64,000 nt of DNA from Paramoeba atlantica. Lineage: Eukaryota > Protista > Discosea. Numbering within the stretch: position 1 is the stretch's first letter; the number at the start of each line of letters is the position of its first letter. The stretch covers positions 62,001 to 126,000 of the forward strand of contig CDRNVI010000062.1 in assembly GCA_977017575.1 (NCBI GenBank), given 5' to 3'. Of the stretch, positions 20,012 to 32,180 are shown in pieces. A model generated the notes under the pieces. That model made no database searches. It worked only from the letters and a program-made list of their open reading frames with translations, and was not told where the DNA came from. Both the position numbers and the translations under genes were made by a program.

Positions 20012-21859
20012 TCATTCTTCCAACATACATGTATACAGCATCGTGTCGTGCCTTGTGCTTAACCCCGAAGCGCCCCGAAATGAAGTCACCGTAAGGTTTT
20101 GCCACACGATAGAACCGTAATTATCGGGTATCTCACCCTTTAAGAGCCGAGACACCTCAGGGCGAGAATGCAAGGGACCCCATATCGTTAACGGAACCCG
20201 TACATCCAAAACAGACACGTTTTGAAACTCCACCTCCTCTGTCCTATTCCCATCATGAGGGAGAGGGGAGGAGGTGCTGTTTTCATTGTTCTTTCCATTA
20301 CTCCCCTTCTCGTTGTCTACGGGTGGGACCAGCCACACCCGGGAGAGCAGTACTTCCCGTCCATCCCGAGTACGTATGAGCTCCCCGACAACGGAGACAC
20401 ACGCGACGACGGCCTCCACACTCACCACAGTCCCCGAGGGGATCTGGGAGAGTTTGTACAGCGCCGTGAGCTCGTCCACGTTTTGTTCTTTTTCATTTTC
20501 GTTTTGTGTAAATTCATTTTGTATAAATATTTTATTTCGGTATTTTTCCCCCCGGGAGTGGGCGAGTCGTTTGTTGTGGGAAGCCTTTTTATTCTTTTCC
20601 CCCATAGGACTCCAAAACCGTTTTTCGGGAAAGAATTTATTCTTTTTATTCTCAAGAACAAACCGTCCCGAGGAGGGGTCAACCTCCCAATGGTTGCCAT
20701 GAGCATCCGTGAGAACTATATTGATTAAAGAAGTCGAAGTCGAAGACTCAGCGTCTTCTTCTTCTTCTCCTTTTTGTTGTGCAAACAAAAGAGAGTGAAT
20801 GGAGGCGTTTTGTCGAAACCAATTCGCACAGGTAAAAGGTACGAATTCTGGTGTTTCATTTCTGGGATTTGCTCCTCCCAAAAGAGCCCAACAAGGGGCA
20901 GGGGTCGCTACCCCGGGTGTCATCCTCGAGGAGATCACCCAGTGGTTGTGGGACTCGAAAAGGCTGCGCTCGTCGAGGGCGAGTATCAAAAGTACGGGGT
21001 GATACTCACTTTTAGAAAACTCTTTTTTTTGTGACTCGAGGTCGTTTTCTATTCTTTTGTTGGTTTCGATATCGGGTTCGTTTTCGACCCCTTTGAATTG
21101 CTTCCCCCACGCGGTGTGCTCTGGAGAGCTGATCTCACGGTAGAGCAGCACCGCGTGGGTGATGGTGAGAACAGTGCCAATGGCAATCACCTCACAGGCG
21201 GTGATGAATTTCGTGCTTAACGAGGCGCACAGAAGTGCGTCACAGCCGCAGCAGCCGTCCCACAGGGTGAGACGATACCGCAACTCGGGTTCTGTTTTTA
21301 TTTTGATTTGTTTAATGTCTACAACTTGTAGCGTGATGGGGTGAATCGGGGAGGGGTAGAGGGCAAGGAGGTGAACCGTACCGCCTGCAGCCTCCGCTTC
21401 AGGCAGACATGCCTCGTGGTTGTCCGAAGTGACGGAGAGTTGCGGAGCGCGACACGATTTTCTCAGGTAGGTGGTTTCGCGCAAGCACAGGTTGTGATAT
21501 TTCTCAACGAGGTCCATTACTTGACTTACAAATGCGTAACATGACGCGAGGTAATCTTTATAGATATCAAGGCTTCCTGATTTTCGGTGTTTCGTGGAAT
21601 CCATATTCGAAATTTTACTTTTCGCCGAGTGGGCAGAATCTTTCTCGGTAGTGATTTTGCGTTCGAAGAAACTGGAAGTATGAAGTCGTTGGAGAACACC
21701 TTGCACAAGGTAAAGCACTGGTGCGATTGAGACGGATCGAGGTTCTGACCAGATAAATGGATCGTCCGCATTTTCCGCAGCAACTGAATCTTCTGCTTTA
21801 TCAGAGAGAGTGATGTGATGGTGTGTGACACAATGAGCAAGACAAGGAGTAAGGCTCAT
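20012..21859 (-). CDS. RPA1-like OB-fold protein (RPA70N-like fold plus DBD-B-like fold)
   Basis: LQVVDIKQI..RYRLTLWDG..IGTVLTI resembles Rep_fac-A_N; VVSVEAVV..TRDGRE..LTIWG..VTSFRGASGLST resembles RPA1 DBD-B. Confidence 0.65.
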   Translation of the reverse strand: MSLTPCLAHCVTHHHITLSDKAEDSVAAENADDPFIWSEPRSVSIAPVLYLVQGVLQRLHTSSFFERKITTEKDSAHSAKSKISNMDSTKHRKSGSLDIYKDYLASCYAFVSQVMDLVEKYHNLCLRETTYLRKSCRAPQLSVTSDNHEACLPEAEAAGGTVHLLALYPSPIHPITLQVVDIKQIKIKTEPELRYRLTLWDGCCGCDALLCASLSTKFITACEVIAIGTVLTITHAVLLYREISSPEHTAWGKQFKGVENEPDIETNKRIENDLESQKKEFSKSEYHPVLLILALDERSLFESHNHWVISSRMTPGVATPAPCWALLGGANPRNETPEFVPFTCANWFRQNASIHSLLFAQQKGEEEEDAESSTSTSLINIVLTDAHGNHWEVDPSSGRFVLENKKNKFFPEKRFWSPMGEKNKKASHNKRLAHSRGEKYRNKIFIQNEFTQNENEKEQNVDELTALYKLSQIPSGTVVSVEAVVACVSVVGELIRTRDGREVLLSRVWLVPPVDNEKGSNGKNNENSTSSPLPHDGNRTEEVEFQNVSVLDVRVPLTIWGPLHSRPEVSRLLKGEIPDNYGSIVWQNLTVTSFRGASGLSTRHDTMLYTCMLEE

Positions 21860-22481
21860 AACACAGTCATAATATACGATTTAGGTTGTATGCAAACGAA
21901 AAAAGGAAACAAATTTTACGCAAAAGAGTGTGAGAGTGTGAGGGAGAAAAAATATTTCAAAGTTGGCCACGTTATACAAATTTTGTGCGCCCTATATTTT
22001 CGTACCCACCCCCGTAAACGGGAGTACAACTAATGTACAGGACCTGTACATTACAGGGCCCTGTTACGTTACATGTATGAAATTCCGGTAATTCGTTTTT
22101 TGAGTACTCAACGAAGATACCCAACCCAAAAAATAATTTTCATTGCACTGTACTAAGTGTTCTGCCTTTTAAACTAAATACCTGTATAACAATTGACCTC
22201 TCTGACATTAATTTCTTTGTTGGCTGTATTTTCTGTTTTCTTAAGGTGTATGTTCGACTACGACCTTACTCCGAGCAACGATGAATACGTGGATGACGAT
22301 CCCGATTCTTCTGATTCCGAGAGGTACTTGACTTTGAGAAAGTGGGTGGCTTGCTCTATTCAAGAAGCGTTCCGCATGCCATTAAGGTCGGAAACTTCAG
22401 TGGAGTTTTTACGTACACATGAGTAACGCCGAAAAGAACGCAACCAAGTACTCCCCTGAGCGACGGCCTCCACCGGTACTA

Positions 22482-23523
22482 CAGTAAACGTCACTATTCT
22501 GAGAGTCGCTAAAAATGAGAATTGGACTGTCAACGTACAACTGGCTAAAATGAGAATGCACCTTGGAAAATGAGAATGGAGCTTCGGTCATGTGTCAACG
22601 TTCAATTCAATTTTACACTCAAAAGTGAGAATTGAAAAACAACGCTTTCGTTCTCTCACTGATTAACTCACTGCTTCATCTTCACTAACTGGAGAGTATG
22701 CGAGAGATCGGTGGAAATCACTGGGGATACCGTATACTCCCCCAGTAATGGACCCCCCAGTAGCAGAGATTTCGCCATTTTTGGGCCGACACACAGTAAC
22801 AAGGATTTGTCTCGGGAGGGTGGTTGGAGGGGGGGTGTCTGGACAGGATGAGGGTGGTTGTGCAGTAGCGAATCGCGTGGTTTCTGGGTTGGCTGTACAG
22901 AAAATCAACGCACTCATGAACGAAAAAGGCCTTTGCCCACCGAAAAAGCATACCCCACCCAGTAACAAGGATTTGGCCTTTATGGTCCAAAATCGATTCT
23001 ATTACTGGGGGGGTATAGGTAGGTGGAGATAGATGGGGATCACAGGGGATCACTGCAGATCATTTTTATCGTTGTCCCTTCTCTTCTTCCATTCATGAAA
23101 GGCACACAAATATCTTAGTGAGACCAAAAAAGAAAAGAAAACACTGATTTAGGTGACTACAAGTAATGAAACTTTGTTTTTCTGAAAACAAAACGCTAAT
23201 ACACAAAAGGAAAACTTGTGCTGTTTGACTGCGCGGTGTTCTTCTGATGAAGAAGAACTCCTTGGTTCTGCAAACCAAGGAGATAGTGGGAGATCTCTGG
23301 GGGTCATTTTTGTGCACCCAAAGCGGCCTGCTGCTCCGCTGCTAATATTTTTCTTGCAAAACGTTTTCTTTTTTAAAAATGAGAATTATGATTTGACCTC
23401 ATAAAAAAGTGCCTGTCAACGTTCAACAGACCAATTCTGAGAATAGTGACGAAAAACGACAAAAAAGCCGTTTTTTCTGTGTCAACGTACAACTGAGCAT
23501 TCTGAGAATAGTGACGTTTACTG
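22482..23523 (+). mobile_element. GAGAAT-repeat TIR element, copy B (TA TSD)
   Basis: TA|CAGTAAACGTCACTATTCT at both ends; homologous to 32181-33084 in the opposite orientation. Confidence 0.85.
22730..23019. mobile_element. MITE of about 300 bp (TA|CCGTATACCCCCCAGTAAT) nested in copy B
   Basis: TIRs at both ends; homologous to the solo copy at 62500-62813. Confidence 0.8.
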
Positions 23524-24779
23524 TAATCCAGCGAATGGAAGACAACATCGTTGCTTTGTGCGCTGGGTAGATGAGCCTGCGACTGCGCCAACTCTCTGAT
23601 CCGGAAAGCAACGTTCTCAAATCCTTGTGCAACGTCCCCGTGGATGAGAACATGTTGCTGCACGGTCTTGTGCTCTTGACAAAGTCCCGGGACACGGGTT
23701 TTCTCTTTTTCAAGGACGTGGAGTAAAGGTGGAAGAGGTGCCCGGGCATGGGCGGTGGACGCAATCGACTCAGACATGGTCGCTGAGCTTCGCTGATGCT
23801 TCAACCGACGTCATCGCTGGTCACATGAAAAATTTCCTGAAGTAAAAATATGGAGGATTTTATAAGGACACGAATCAGGATCGCGAAGTTTTGGCCCATT
23901 GGTTCAAGACCATGTGGCTATAGTTGCGTGACAGCAATGTCCAAGATGGCAAAGTTCACTGGGACCGGAACAAGAAATTGAAGGAGGAAGTGGAAGAAAG
24001 TAGTACGCGCACTGAAAGCATCGTGTGTGCGCTGGTGGGTGGATCGCCCCCAATATTACAGGGACTCTATTGAAGAACTGAATCAAAGCGATCCCCGAGT
24101 TCTCAAGCGGAAGTCCCGTGGGACGCACTCCTGTAAATTTTACTAAGAAGATCATGAGGATCAAGAAGCCATTCAGCAATACCGAGTGCATGTTAAAACA
24201 TCCATACACCCCCGTTCATGCCATATTGTTACAGTTTTCCTGGACGTATGAGGTGCGCTAAAGGGGAAATAATGTCTGTTTTGAAGAGATCTCGGCAGGG
24301 GCTCCCGAGGAAAAATATTGCAAGCAACTGAAATATCGCATTGTGGAATCTTGTGTCGACCTAAAAAGTTTATTTTGACTGAACTTGTGGAACCTTCTGT
24401 CGACCTAAAAAGTCAATTTTGACGGAAACTTTTGTTGGAGAAGACGGAAAGGATGAGTCAGAAGAGGAGCATATTTCTACAACTTCTACAATCTATTAAG
24501 ATGAGACGGTCAGCGCCAGTACCACCTGAAAGATGACTGTTCCAGAGAAGGCCACAAGGAGCTCCCGACCATTCTTTCCCATGCTGAGTGTGTCCGGCAT
24601 CAGTGAAATTTAAAAATTTGATTATAAAAATAAATAAATCTTTCTTAAATACGGATCTTACTATCATACAAAGGTAGCTACTATAATCTATCTATTTATC
24701 TCACGAAGGAAATACCAAAAGGGATTGTATCCTTTTCCCCTCCCACATAATGCCCATACACTGTGCTAATGTTAAAAAG

Positions 24780-25600
24780 TTAATAATTCACCCGATTTCC
24801 ACCATTTGCTACACACTCTTGCAGCCTTCTTTCAAAGGAGTCAACTACTGTTTGAGCCAGCTCACGAGCTTTTGGACTCCTCAAAAATTCTTCAGATACC
24901 TGGATAATCTCGGATTGCGTATTCGGACACTTTTTATTCTTCTCCTGTATTAAAAAAGACCAAAAATTTTCAAATAGGAGAAAGGTCAGGAGAATCCGCC
25001 GGCCATTTCGGGAGAATAGCTCCATCGGAACTTTTGTAGGTGCGCAAACTTTGAGTACCTATTTCATCCCTCGTCCCCCACCACATCATTGTCTTCTTCG
25101 CCGTATGTGGCGGTGCTCCGTCATCCTGAAAAATCATGTTAAGGTGAGATGCATGGTAAGGAATCCACTGTTTCATCAAGATTTCCTTTCGGTAGTAATA
25201 ATTTCCTAATTTGCGACCAGGAGGGGGGATCTCACGACTTTCACCGCGATACAAAGAGCGTGTGGCCTCGTGTGCGTAAAACTCTGTAAAGTTGTTACAC
25301 CAATGCCAAAGGATATTACCTTGAATGTCTATGCCACCCCAGAGCATGACTTTAGTGGGATGATGTACCCGCGATCGATAAACAACATCTTCATCACTTT
25401 GCCAAGCTTTTCGAGTACCGTCCCCGGCATGTACATACGTTTCATCAGTTATAAGGAGTTTCTTTAAAAAGAGTCCTCCTGTGAGTTGTTGCTCTTTCAA
25501 CAAAGCCTGACAAAACAGCACCCGGGCTTCCTTCTTTGCAGGGGTCAGATTCAGAGTGTTTTTCTTTCTTTTGTACTTATACTTAAATAATTCGACTGCA
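24780..25600 (-). pseudogene. Tc1/IS630-type transposase with a +1 frameshift
   Basis: LTPAKKEARVLFC, ITDET, VMLWGGI, FQDDGAPPH, WPADSPDLSPI/ENFW, SFERRLQECVANGG. Confidence 0.9.
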
Positions 25601-25802
25601 TGTCATTCGATTTAATGTGAACATGTGGCACAGATCCGCCGGAGTGAAGTATCCCGTTAAGTACAAAACTCGTAGGGCCACGGTATGTGGTGTCTTCAAG
25701 CTGCCTTTCTGAGATAAAATCACCGGAAGCCCGCGTCTACGCCGAGTTGCAAGTTTAGCTGGTCGCCCTCGAGGCTTCTTCGCAGGAGTGATCTTGTCTA
25801 CC

Positions 25803-26711
25803 TCACCAGTAGGACCCCTCGACCATTTGTTTTCTTAAATCACGCATGCTTCGAAGAATTCGCTGCTGCTCTTCAAAAAGTGTAAAATAAGAGTTTTTTA
25901 GGGTATCAAGTCTATGGGAATATTCAAGAACTTCGTGCCTAAGCGTCTGGCACCTTATTTTGCATTCGTCAGATTCGAGTACAGAAACGCGGACGTACTC
26001 TTTTGAACGAGCTTCTCGTTCCTCAGATGCATTTATTACCCTCCTGTGAATCCGCAGGCTCTTCTTTAAACGTTTTATCGCATTTCTCTGTGCCTGCACA
26101 GTTCGATTTAGCGAACTAATTGTTTTTTTAAGAGTGGCTAAAGGTGTGGTTGAGTTAGAAGCCTCATTTTCGGAAGGGGGTTCCAACGAATCACCGGTAA
26201 TCTCAATTCGCTCCATCACATGTACGTCCGGGGGTTCGTTGCAGTCTCTGAGAGCGAGACAAACCTCGGGAGACGTCTTCTGAACTTCTCCACTTTGCTG
26301 AATCTGCGGTTCTGGGGGTTCTAAGGCGGGGGATGCTAAAGTGGATGCTAAGTGATGTGATATACTCTGAGTGATTTCCAATAGATCTGCTTGAAAAGTA
26401 TGGTCCGCTATGCATTTCGTTGAATGGTGCGTCTGTTGCGATTTTTGAAAAAAAAAGGGGAGAGTCATATCTTCGGAATCGCAACTTTCCGAACCGATAC
26501 CTTCACCTACAACGAAAGCGATATCTGAACCACTTTCGTGGTAGGCAGATTCGCATTCCTCAGAATCCCCCGAAGTCGAGCAAGAGGAATCATACTCCGT
26601 TTCAGAAGCTTCCGAAGGTTCCCAGTCGGTATCCGTTGCGGAAGACGCGGAAAGACTCTCTGCAGAGAGACTTGAGTCCGTTTGTGACATTGAAAAATAA
26701 GAACAAATCAC
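25803..26711 (-). CDS. Hypothetical protein, Ser/acidic N-terminus and coiled-coil C-terminus
   Basis: 302-codon ORF on the host-gene strand; no recognised motif. Confidence 0.55.
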   Translation of the reverse strand: MICSYFSMSQTDSSLSAESLSASSATDTDWEPSEASETEYDSSCSTSGDSEECESAYHESGSDIAFVVGEGIGSESCDSEDMTLPFFFQKSQQTHHSTKCIADHTFQADLLEITQSISHHLASTLASPALEPPEPQIQQSGEVQKTSPEVCLALRDCNEPPDVHVMERIEITGDSLEPPSENEASNSTTPLATLKKTISSLNRTVQAQRNAIKRLKKSLRIHRRVINASEEREARSKEYVRVSVLESDECKIRCQTLRHEVLEYSHRLDTLKNSYFTLFEEQQRILRSMRDLRKQMVEGSYW

Positions 26712-27096
26712 TGAAAGTAGATAATTTTCAGATAAAATTTTGACATAAAAAATACTCTGGTCAAGTACTGCAAAATGATGAATTCTGACTATTTTTCCGT
26801 TGTTATCCTAACGTATCCGAGTAACTACGAAAAAAAACTAGCTAAAAAGCTCCTTCCATGCTCTCAAAACTTTTGTAACATTTTTTCTGAACGGGGGTGT
26901 ATGTCTATCTGTTATTAGATTGGGAAAATGTCCTGCGCACGGAAAAAGAGACAGGGTTACTTACGAACGCTTAAAATGGGCAAAGTATAAAGGGGGCGTC
27001 ACAAAAACTTTAAAATACTTTCTTTATAGATTTTTAGTCCCAAAGTTTTCATGAACCCCGAAAATAGGGAGAAAAAGGAAAAAAAAGGCCCAGCTG

Positions 27097-27738
27097 TTAA
27101 AATAAACCATCATTCGTATCTCTCAAACGGGTGAGTATACCGTTACTGACGATAATTTCTGTTCCCTTCACATCGTAGTACAAGCCCTTCAACTTTCCTT
27201 CCACGTCCAAAGTTCCCTCCAAATTTTCGTTGCCATCGAGATGCATGTCACACAGAGACGAGGGGAGCATTGAGAAATCAACCCACCCTGCAAAGTGGTT
27301 TAAAGAAATGCTCAAGCATTCTATCGAAGGAGGCAAAGACAGAAAATTCGGCGTTCCACTAAACTTATTGTCCGAAATGCCGAGATTTTCCAATGAAGAG
27401 GGGAGACTTTCAAATGGAACGCTTCCCTGTAGTTGATTACTCAACAAACTTAACTCTTCTACAGTTCCGGGAAGATAATTCCAATCCAACTCACCACTAA
27501 GATAACTGCTCCACCAGTAAATGCCCACCACATTGGAGTCCGAATCACATCCAATTCCACACCACTCGCATGCGGGGGTATCGGTACTCCACGTGTCTTG
27601 ATCCTGTTCCACGTTTTTCACGAATCGTGCCAAGTCATACTCCAGGGGGAGGGGAACTCCAGCTACCTTTCCCGGGCGCTGACCATGTGGAGCTTCCGAA
27701 TCCAACGTACGCAACAAAATGTTGTGGTAGATAGACAT
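27097..27738 (-). CDS. Leucine-rich repeat protein (tandem copy 1)
   Basis: GKVAGVPLPLEYDL..ACEWCGIGC cap plus LRR units. Confidence 0.88.
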   Translation of the reverse strand: MSIYHNILLRTLDSEAPHGQRPGKVAGVPLPLEYDLARFVKNVEQDQDTWSTDTPACEWCGIGCDSDSNVVGIYWWSSYLSGELDWNYLPGTVEELSLLSNQLQGSVPFESLPSSLENLGISDNKFSGTPNFLSLPPSIECLSISLNHFAGWVDFSMLPSSLCDMHLDGNENLEGTLDVEGKLKGLYYDVKGTEIIVSNGILTRLRDTNDGLF

Positions 27739-27910
27739 GTAGAATGCTTTTTAAGAGTTTCTAATAAGGAAGAGAAACAAAGGTCACCGTTTATCACTGT
27801 CATAAAAACAAATTGTTTTTTATAAGTCTTTGAATCGACAAGTTGTGCAGAGTCAGGTCGCGTGCTACTGTATTATTGCATTCTAGTGTCAACGTACAAT
27901 ATACAATGGT

Positions 27911-28012
27911 CCTCTGTTAAACGCGGAGGAAGTTTTCAACGCGAACCGCGCAGCAGCAGTGACCTCTACAAGCACTTGTACTTGAAAACAACCATCGCTT
28001 TTAACGAAGCGA
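27911..28012. mobile_element. Degenerate solo copy of the 95-bp palindromic unit
   Basis: GTTAAACGCGG..GTTTTCAACGCGAA..GTTGAAAACAACC..TTTAACGAAG, similar to 8093-8187. Confidence 0.6.
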
Positions 28013-28024
28013 CCAAACATTCTA

Positions 28025-28646
28025 TTATCGCGGACGGGTCAGTATACCGTTACTGACGATAATTTCTGTTCCCTTCACATCGTAGTACAAGCCCTTCAAC
28101 TTTCCTTCCACGTCCAAAGTTCCCTCCAAATTTTCGTTGCCATCGAGATGCACGTCACACAGAGACAAGGGGAGCATTGAGAAATCAGCCCACCCTGCAA
28201 AGTGGTTTAAAGAAATGCTCAAGCATTCTATCGAAGGAGGCAAAGACAGAAAATTCGGCGTCCCAGTAAACTTATTGTCCGAAATGCTGAGATTTTCCAA
28301 TGAAGAGGGGAGACTTTCAAATGGAACGCTTCCCTGTAGTTGATTACTCAACAAACTTAACTCTTCTACAGTTCCGGGAAGATAATTCCAATCCAACTCA
28401 CCACTAAGATAATTGCTGCACCAGTAAATGCCCACCACATTGGAGTCCGAATCACATCCAATTCCACACCACTCGCATGCGAGGGGTATCGGTACTACAC
28501 GTGGTTTCATACACTTCCACGTTTTTCACGAATCGTGCCAAGTCATACTCCAGGGGGAGGGGAACTCCAGCTACCTTTCCCGGGCGCTGACCATGTGGAG
28601 CTTCCGAATCCAACGTACGCAACAAAATGTTGTGGTAGATAGACAT
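28025..28646 (-). pseudogene. LRR tandem duplicate, frameshifted and 3'-truncated
   Basis: near-identical to 27127-27738; reading frame split near 28490. Confidence 0.85.
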
Positions 28647-29150
28647 GCAGAATGCTTTTTAAGAGTTTCTAATAAGGAAGAAAAACGAAGGCCACTTTTA
28701 TCTTTGCCATAAAAGCCGTTTTTGGAAGCATTGTTCTTGCGTACTTACTTTGTCAGTCCTTGAATAGGAAAGTTATGCAGAGTAGGGTCGAGTTCTACTA
28801 AAAGTTACAAGAATACAATTACCGTCGACACCATATATTTTACGTCTGGATGTACGTTCCCAAAGAAGCGATCGTAAAAGTGAAATTCATACTTGACCCA
28901 CTTGACCGTGTAGAGAGATCTGGCTAATAATCTACCGGTCACGAGTTAAAAAACAAAACGAAGAGGTTCTACTTTCAAGCTTTTGTCTGTTACTAAATTC
29001 TACTCCTTCATTTAAAACAAAAAAAGAACAGCACAACAAATCGTATGCATCAATGTATAAAGTTTACCTTGTATCTACCCCCCTATTCCCCGTTTTTTCA
29101 TCCATACTTGCCTATTCTCCCCTCCCCCCTTTTCCCCTCTTTCCCCTCCT

Positions 29151-30095
29151 TTACTTTCGCGGTTCCTGAAAATGAAACCTTTGCGCGCCACATAGCGCCA
29201 TGGTACGGTCAAAAATCGCAAACTGCCCCGCCGTCAGGGCACCAATCATCACACAACGCGCCCCGAGTCCCTGCACACACAATGTTCGAAACCCCGTCGC
29301 CTTTGCGAGCCGTACCAACCGCGTGGGAATACTCCCCTCCCCCCCGGCGTTCGGGGATTTATTAATCTTCGACAACAACGTATCGGCGGGATGCGAAATC
29401 ACCGCAGCCGCAATCCCCGCCACCAACCCCGACCCCACCGCCACCGCCATATGCTGCCCCCCCGTCACCCTCCCCGGGTCCACCCCCCCGACGCGGTACA
29501 TCCCCTCCGCGACCCGTCCCTGCACCGCGAACTTCGCCATCGTGTACGGGACCTGTTTCAGCACGATCGGGCCCAGCCCACGGTAGAACCCCCGCACCAC
29601 CCCCTCCGCGGCATAGATCCTCGGCACCGCCGCGACCATCCCGGGCGCGAACCCGGGGTCCGCCACGAGACGGATCCGGGTCGCCTCCAGGGGGCAGAGG
29701 AAGAGGTCCGCGACCGTCTCCGCGACCGCCGCGGAGGCGAGATCGATCGCGGTGCGGTGCCCCCACGCGGCCTCCCCCCCGAGCCGGGCCGCGGCGGTGG
29801 TCCTCAGCAGCTCCACCCCGCCGAACTTGAGCCCGCCCTGGAGGAAGTACCCGAGGGCGGTGGGGCCGAGCCCGAGGGCCAGGGCCCCGGGGCCCTCGGC
29901 GCGGACGACCTGGGAGAGGGCCGCGAGGACCCCGGGGGGGTAGCGCCCGGGGTGGAGCTGCATGCGGGTCTTGACGACGTCGAGGGGGCAGACCGCGGCG
30001 TGGGTGAGGCTGCAGCAGAGGCCACCGGCAAGGCCGGCTTTGAGGTAGTAACGGGCGTCGTAGGGGGGGGTGGTGGTGGGGGGGGGGAGGGACAT
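29151..30095 (-). CDS. Mitochondrial phosphate carrier (SLC25A3/MIR1/PIC2 family)
   Basis: CCSLTHAAVCPLDVVKTRMQ, CPLEATRIR, KQVPYTMAKF, SHPADTLLSKIN. Confidence 0.95.
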   Translation of the reverse strand: MSLPPPTTTPPYDARYYLKAGLAGGLCCSLTHAAVCPLDVVKTRMQLHPGRYPPGVLAALSQVVRAEGPGALALGLGPTALGYFLQGGLKFGGVELLRTTAAARLGGEAAWGHRTAIDLASAAVAETVADLFLCPLEATRIRLVADPGFAPGMVAAVPRIYAAEGVVRGFYRGLGPIVLKQVPYTMAKFAVQGRVAEGMYRVGGVDPGRVTGGQHMAVAVGSGLVAGIAAAVISHPADTLLSKINKSPNAGGEGSIPTRLVRLAKATGFRTLCVQGLGARCVMIGALTAGQFAIFDRTMALCGAQRFHFQEPRK

Positions 30096-30529
30096 GTTTG
30101 GAGGAAAGGGGAAGTGTGTAGGGAAGTGGAGGGGAGGGTTATGGTGGGGGGAAAAAGGGGTGTGTTTTTTATCAGGGGTCCCTAAAAATTTATAGATCTA
30201 GTTTATGGTATTTCAAAAAAAAGTATAGTACTATAAATGCCATTTATAGCACTATAAATACTTTAAAGTGTTTGAGAAAGTCTATTTTTAAGGGAGGCTA
30301 AAAGGGGTTCAAGAAGCCAAAAATTGTATTGGATGTTGTAAGGGGTGCTCATCTCGGGGGCCTGGCGTTCGGCTCGCAGTTCCGGGGTTGAAAACCCTTT
30401 TCTGAGATGGCAGTCTCAGGGAGACTCCATGTTGAGGGTGTCAAAAGCTTGCCGAGAACTAGTTGGTCGGCGTAGTGTAAGATAAACTCTATAACCTAAA
30501 ATTCTTCTTACCTAAAATTCTTATTTTCT

Positions 30530-30732
30530 ATGAGGCCCACACCACGTTACGTAAAGAAACAAATTGCAGAGCTCTACGACAGCGGTGTGTCTATGAGGTC
30601 CATCTCTGATACAGTAAATTTAAGTATCTCAACAATTTCTATGATATTAAAAAAAGAAAGGCCCAGGTGGACAGTATGCCTGCCCGTATGAAGGCAGTGC
30701 TGAAGGCTCGTGGGGGGAATACTAAATACTAA
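30530..30732 (+). pseudogene. Internally deleted Tc1 transposase relic
   Basis: HTH-like QIAELYDSGVSMRSISDTVNLSISTIS joined to C-terminal VDSMPARMKAVLKARGGNTKY*. Confidence 0.75.
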
Positions 30733-32180
30733 TTTTACGGGCATAATCTCTCTTGGGCGATTACGTTTCATCTATTTTTTGGGACAAGATTTTCTCTATA
30801 ATAGGTAGCAAAAAAACCGTTCGAATGCTAAACTTTTTTATATTCATTCTTATTTCTTTGGTAGAACGAACTGAGGCGAACTATCTACGGGTACTATTAG
30901 GTGACACTCATGCCTACACCATTAGCACACATTACCAACGCAACGGTGATATTTAATCAATAGCTCTATACAAAAGAAAAAAAACCGAAACATTCGAACG
31001 GTTTTTTTGCCGACTGTAGGTTCACCTTTTGTTGCCCTTTTTTCGATGTTGGCATTCACTTATGTCGATTTTTGCATGGTCTTATATCGATGTTTGCATG
31101 CCGATGTGCTAGTCGAGAGAGTTCATGCTAATCGAGCAGCTTCATGAATTCTACTAAGAGTTAAAGTAATTGGGAAAGTCTCAGCTGAGCTGGTAAGTAT
31201 AGAAGTAAGTGAGCTTCTGTTGCTTGCAAAAGATATAGTTTAGAATCTTTGCCAGTTTGTTCCAGGATAGTATACCCATGCCGACTTAGTATACCTACTA
31301 GGTATACTAAGTGGCCATGGGACAGGCTACGAGGTATGCTAAGTGGGTATGGATATCCTGGAACATGGTTTAGTAAAAATTTTAAGTAAAATTCCACTAA
31401 GATACATACTTTTTTTCCTGTATCGGAAAAAAAACAAAAAAACACCTTAAAATTTCACCCAAAAATATAGGTTCAAAAAACATCGGTTTAGAGTATTTTT
31501 CCGTGGTTACGCAGAGAGGTTCCCCTTTTATGCAAAAGAAATTAGTAGAAAAGCTTGCCCATAGCTTTCACGATGTTTGTCCCATTTTTCGATCATGGGT
31601 CTGTAGGTTGAAATCACAAGGGCCTTCAACCGGAATAAACCGCCCACATTGTTGCTCAGTCGGTTAAAAAATGCTTTTTTGGAATTTGAGAGGAAAAAAT
31701 ACGAAAACACGAAAAATTTACATTTTAAAAAATGTTGCACAATAAAAAATTCGGCGCTGTAGTAGTTTGGGTGAGTACCCATCGAAACGAATTTTTAGTT
31801 TTGCGAAAAAATGTACCCATCGAAACGACCTCTTCACATGGTAGTTCGGATGAGTACTGTAAGTTTCTGTGAGTTGCTGTGAGTTATTAATAATATTTTG
31901 ACCCTTTTTTGAATTCAATTTTAAATATTCCTATGCCTTGTAATATTCCTATATCCTCTTAACATTCCTACCAGGAATATTAACCCGAACAGGGGTTAAA
32001 TTTGAAAACTTTGGATGTGTAAACCCAGGCTAAAGTGGACGAGGGAGATGCCAATAGTGCAGGTGCGGAAGTTTCCCACAGGAAAACGGTATCTCCCTTA
32101 TGACATGAGAACGTGCAGGGGCATGCAAAGGTGGAAATACCGTTTTCCTGTCGGAAATTGCCGCACCTGCACTGTTGGTA

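Noticed and set aside
23530-24200. Possible gene on the plus strand
   Set aside because: Multiple stops and frameshifts and no family recognised; at best an unassignable pseudogene
29200-30185. Long plus-strand ORFs overlapping the phosphate carrier
   Set aside because: Antisense shadows of a very GC-rich gene
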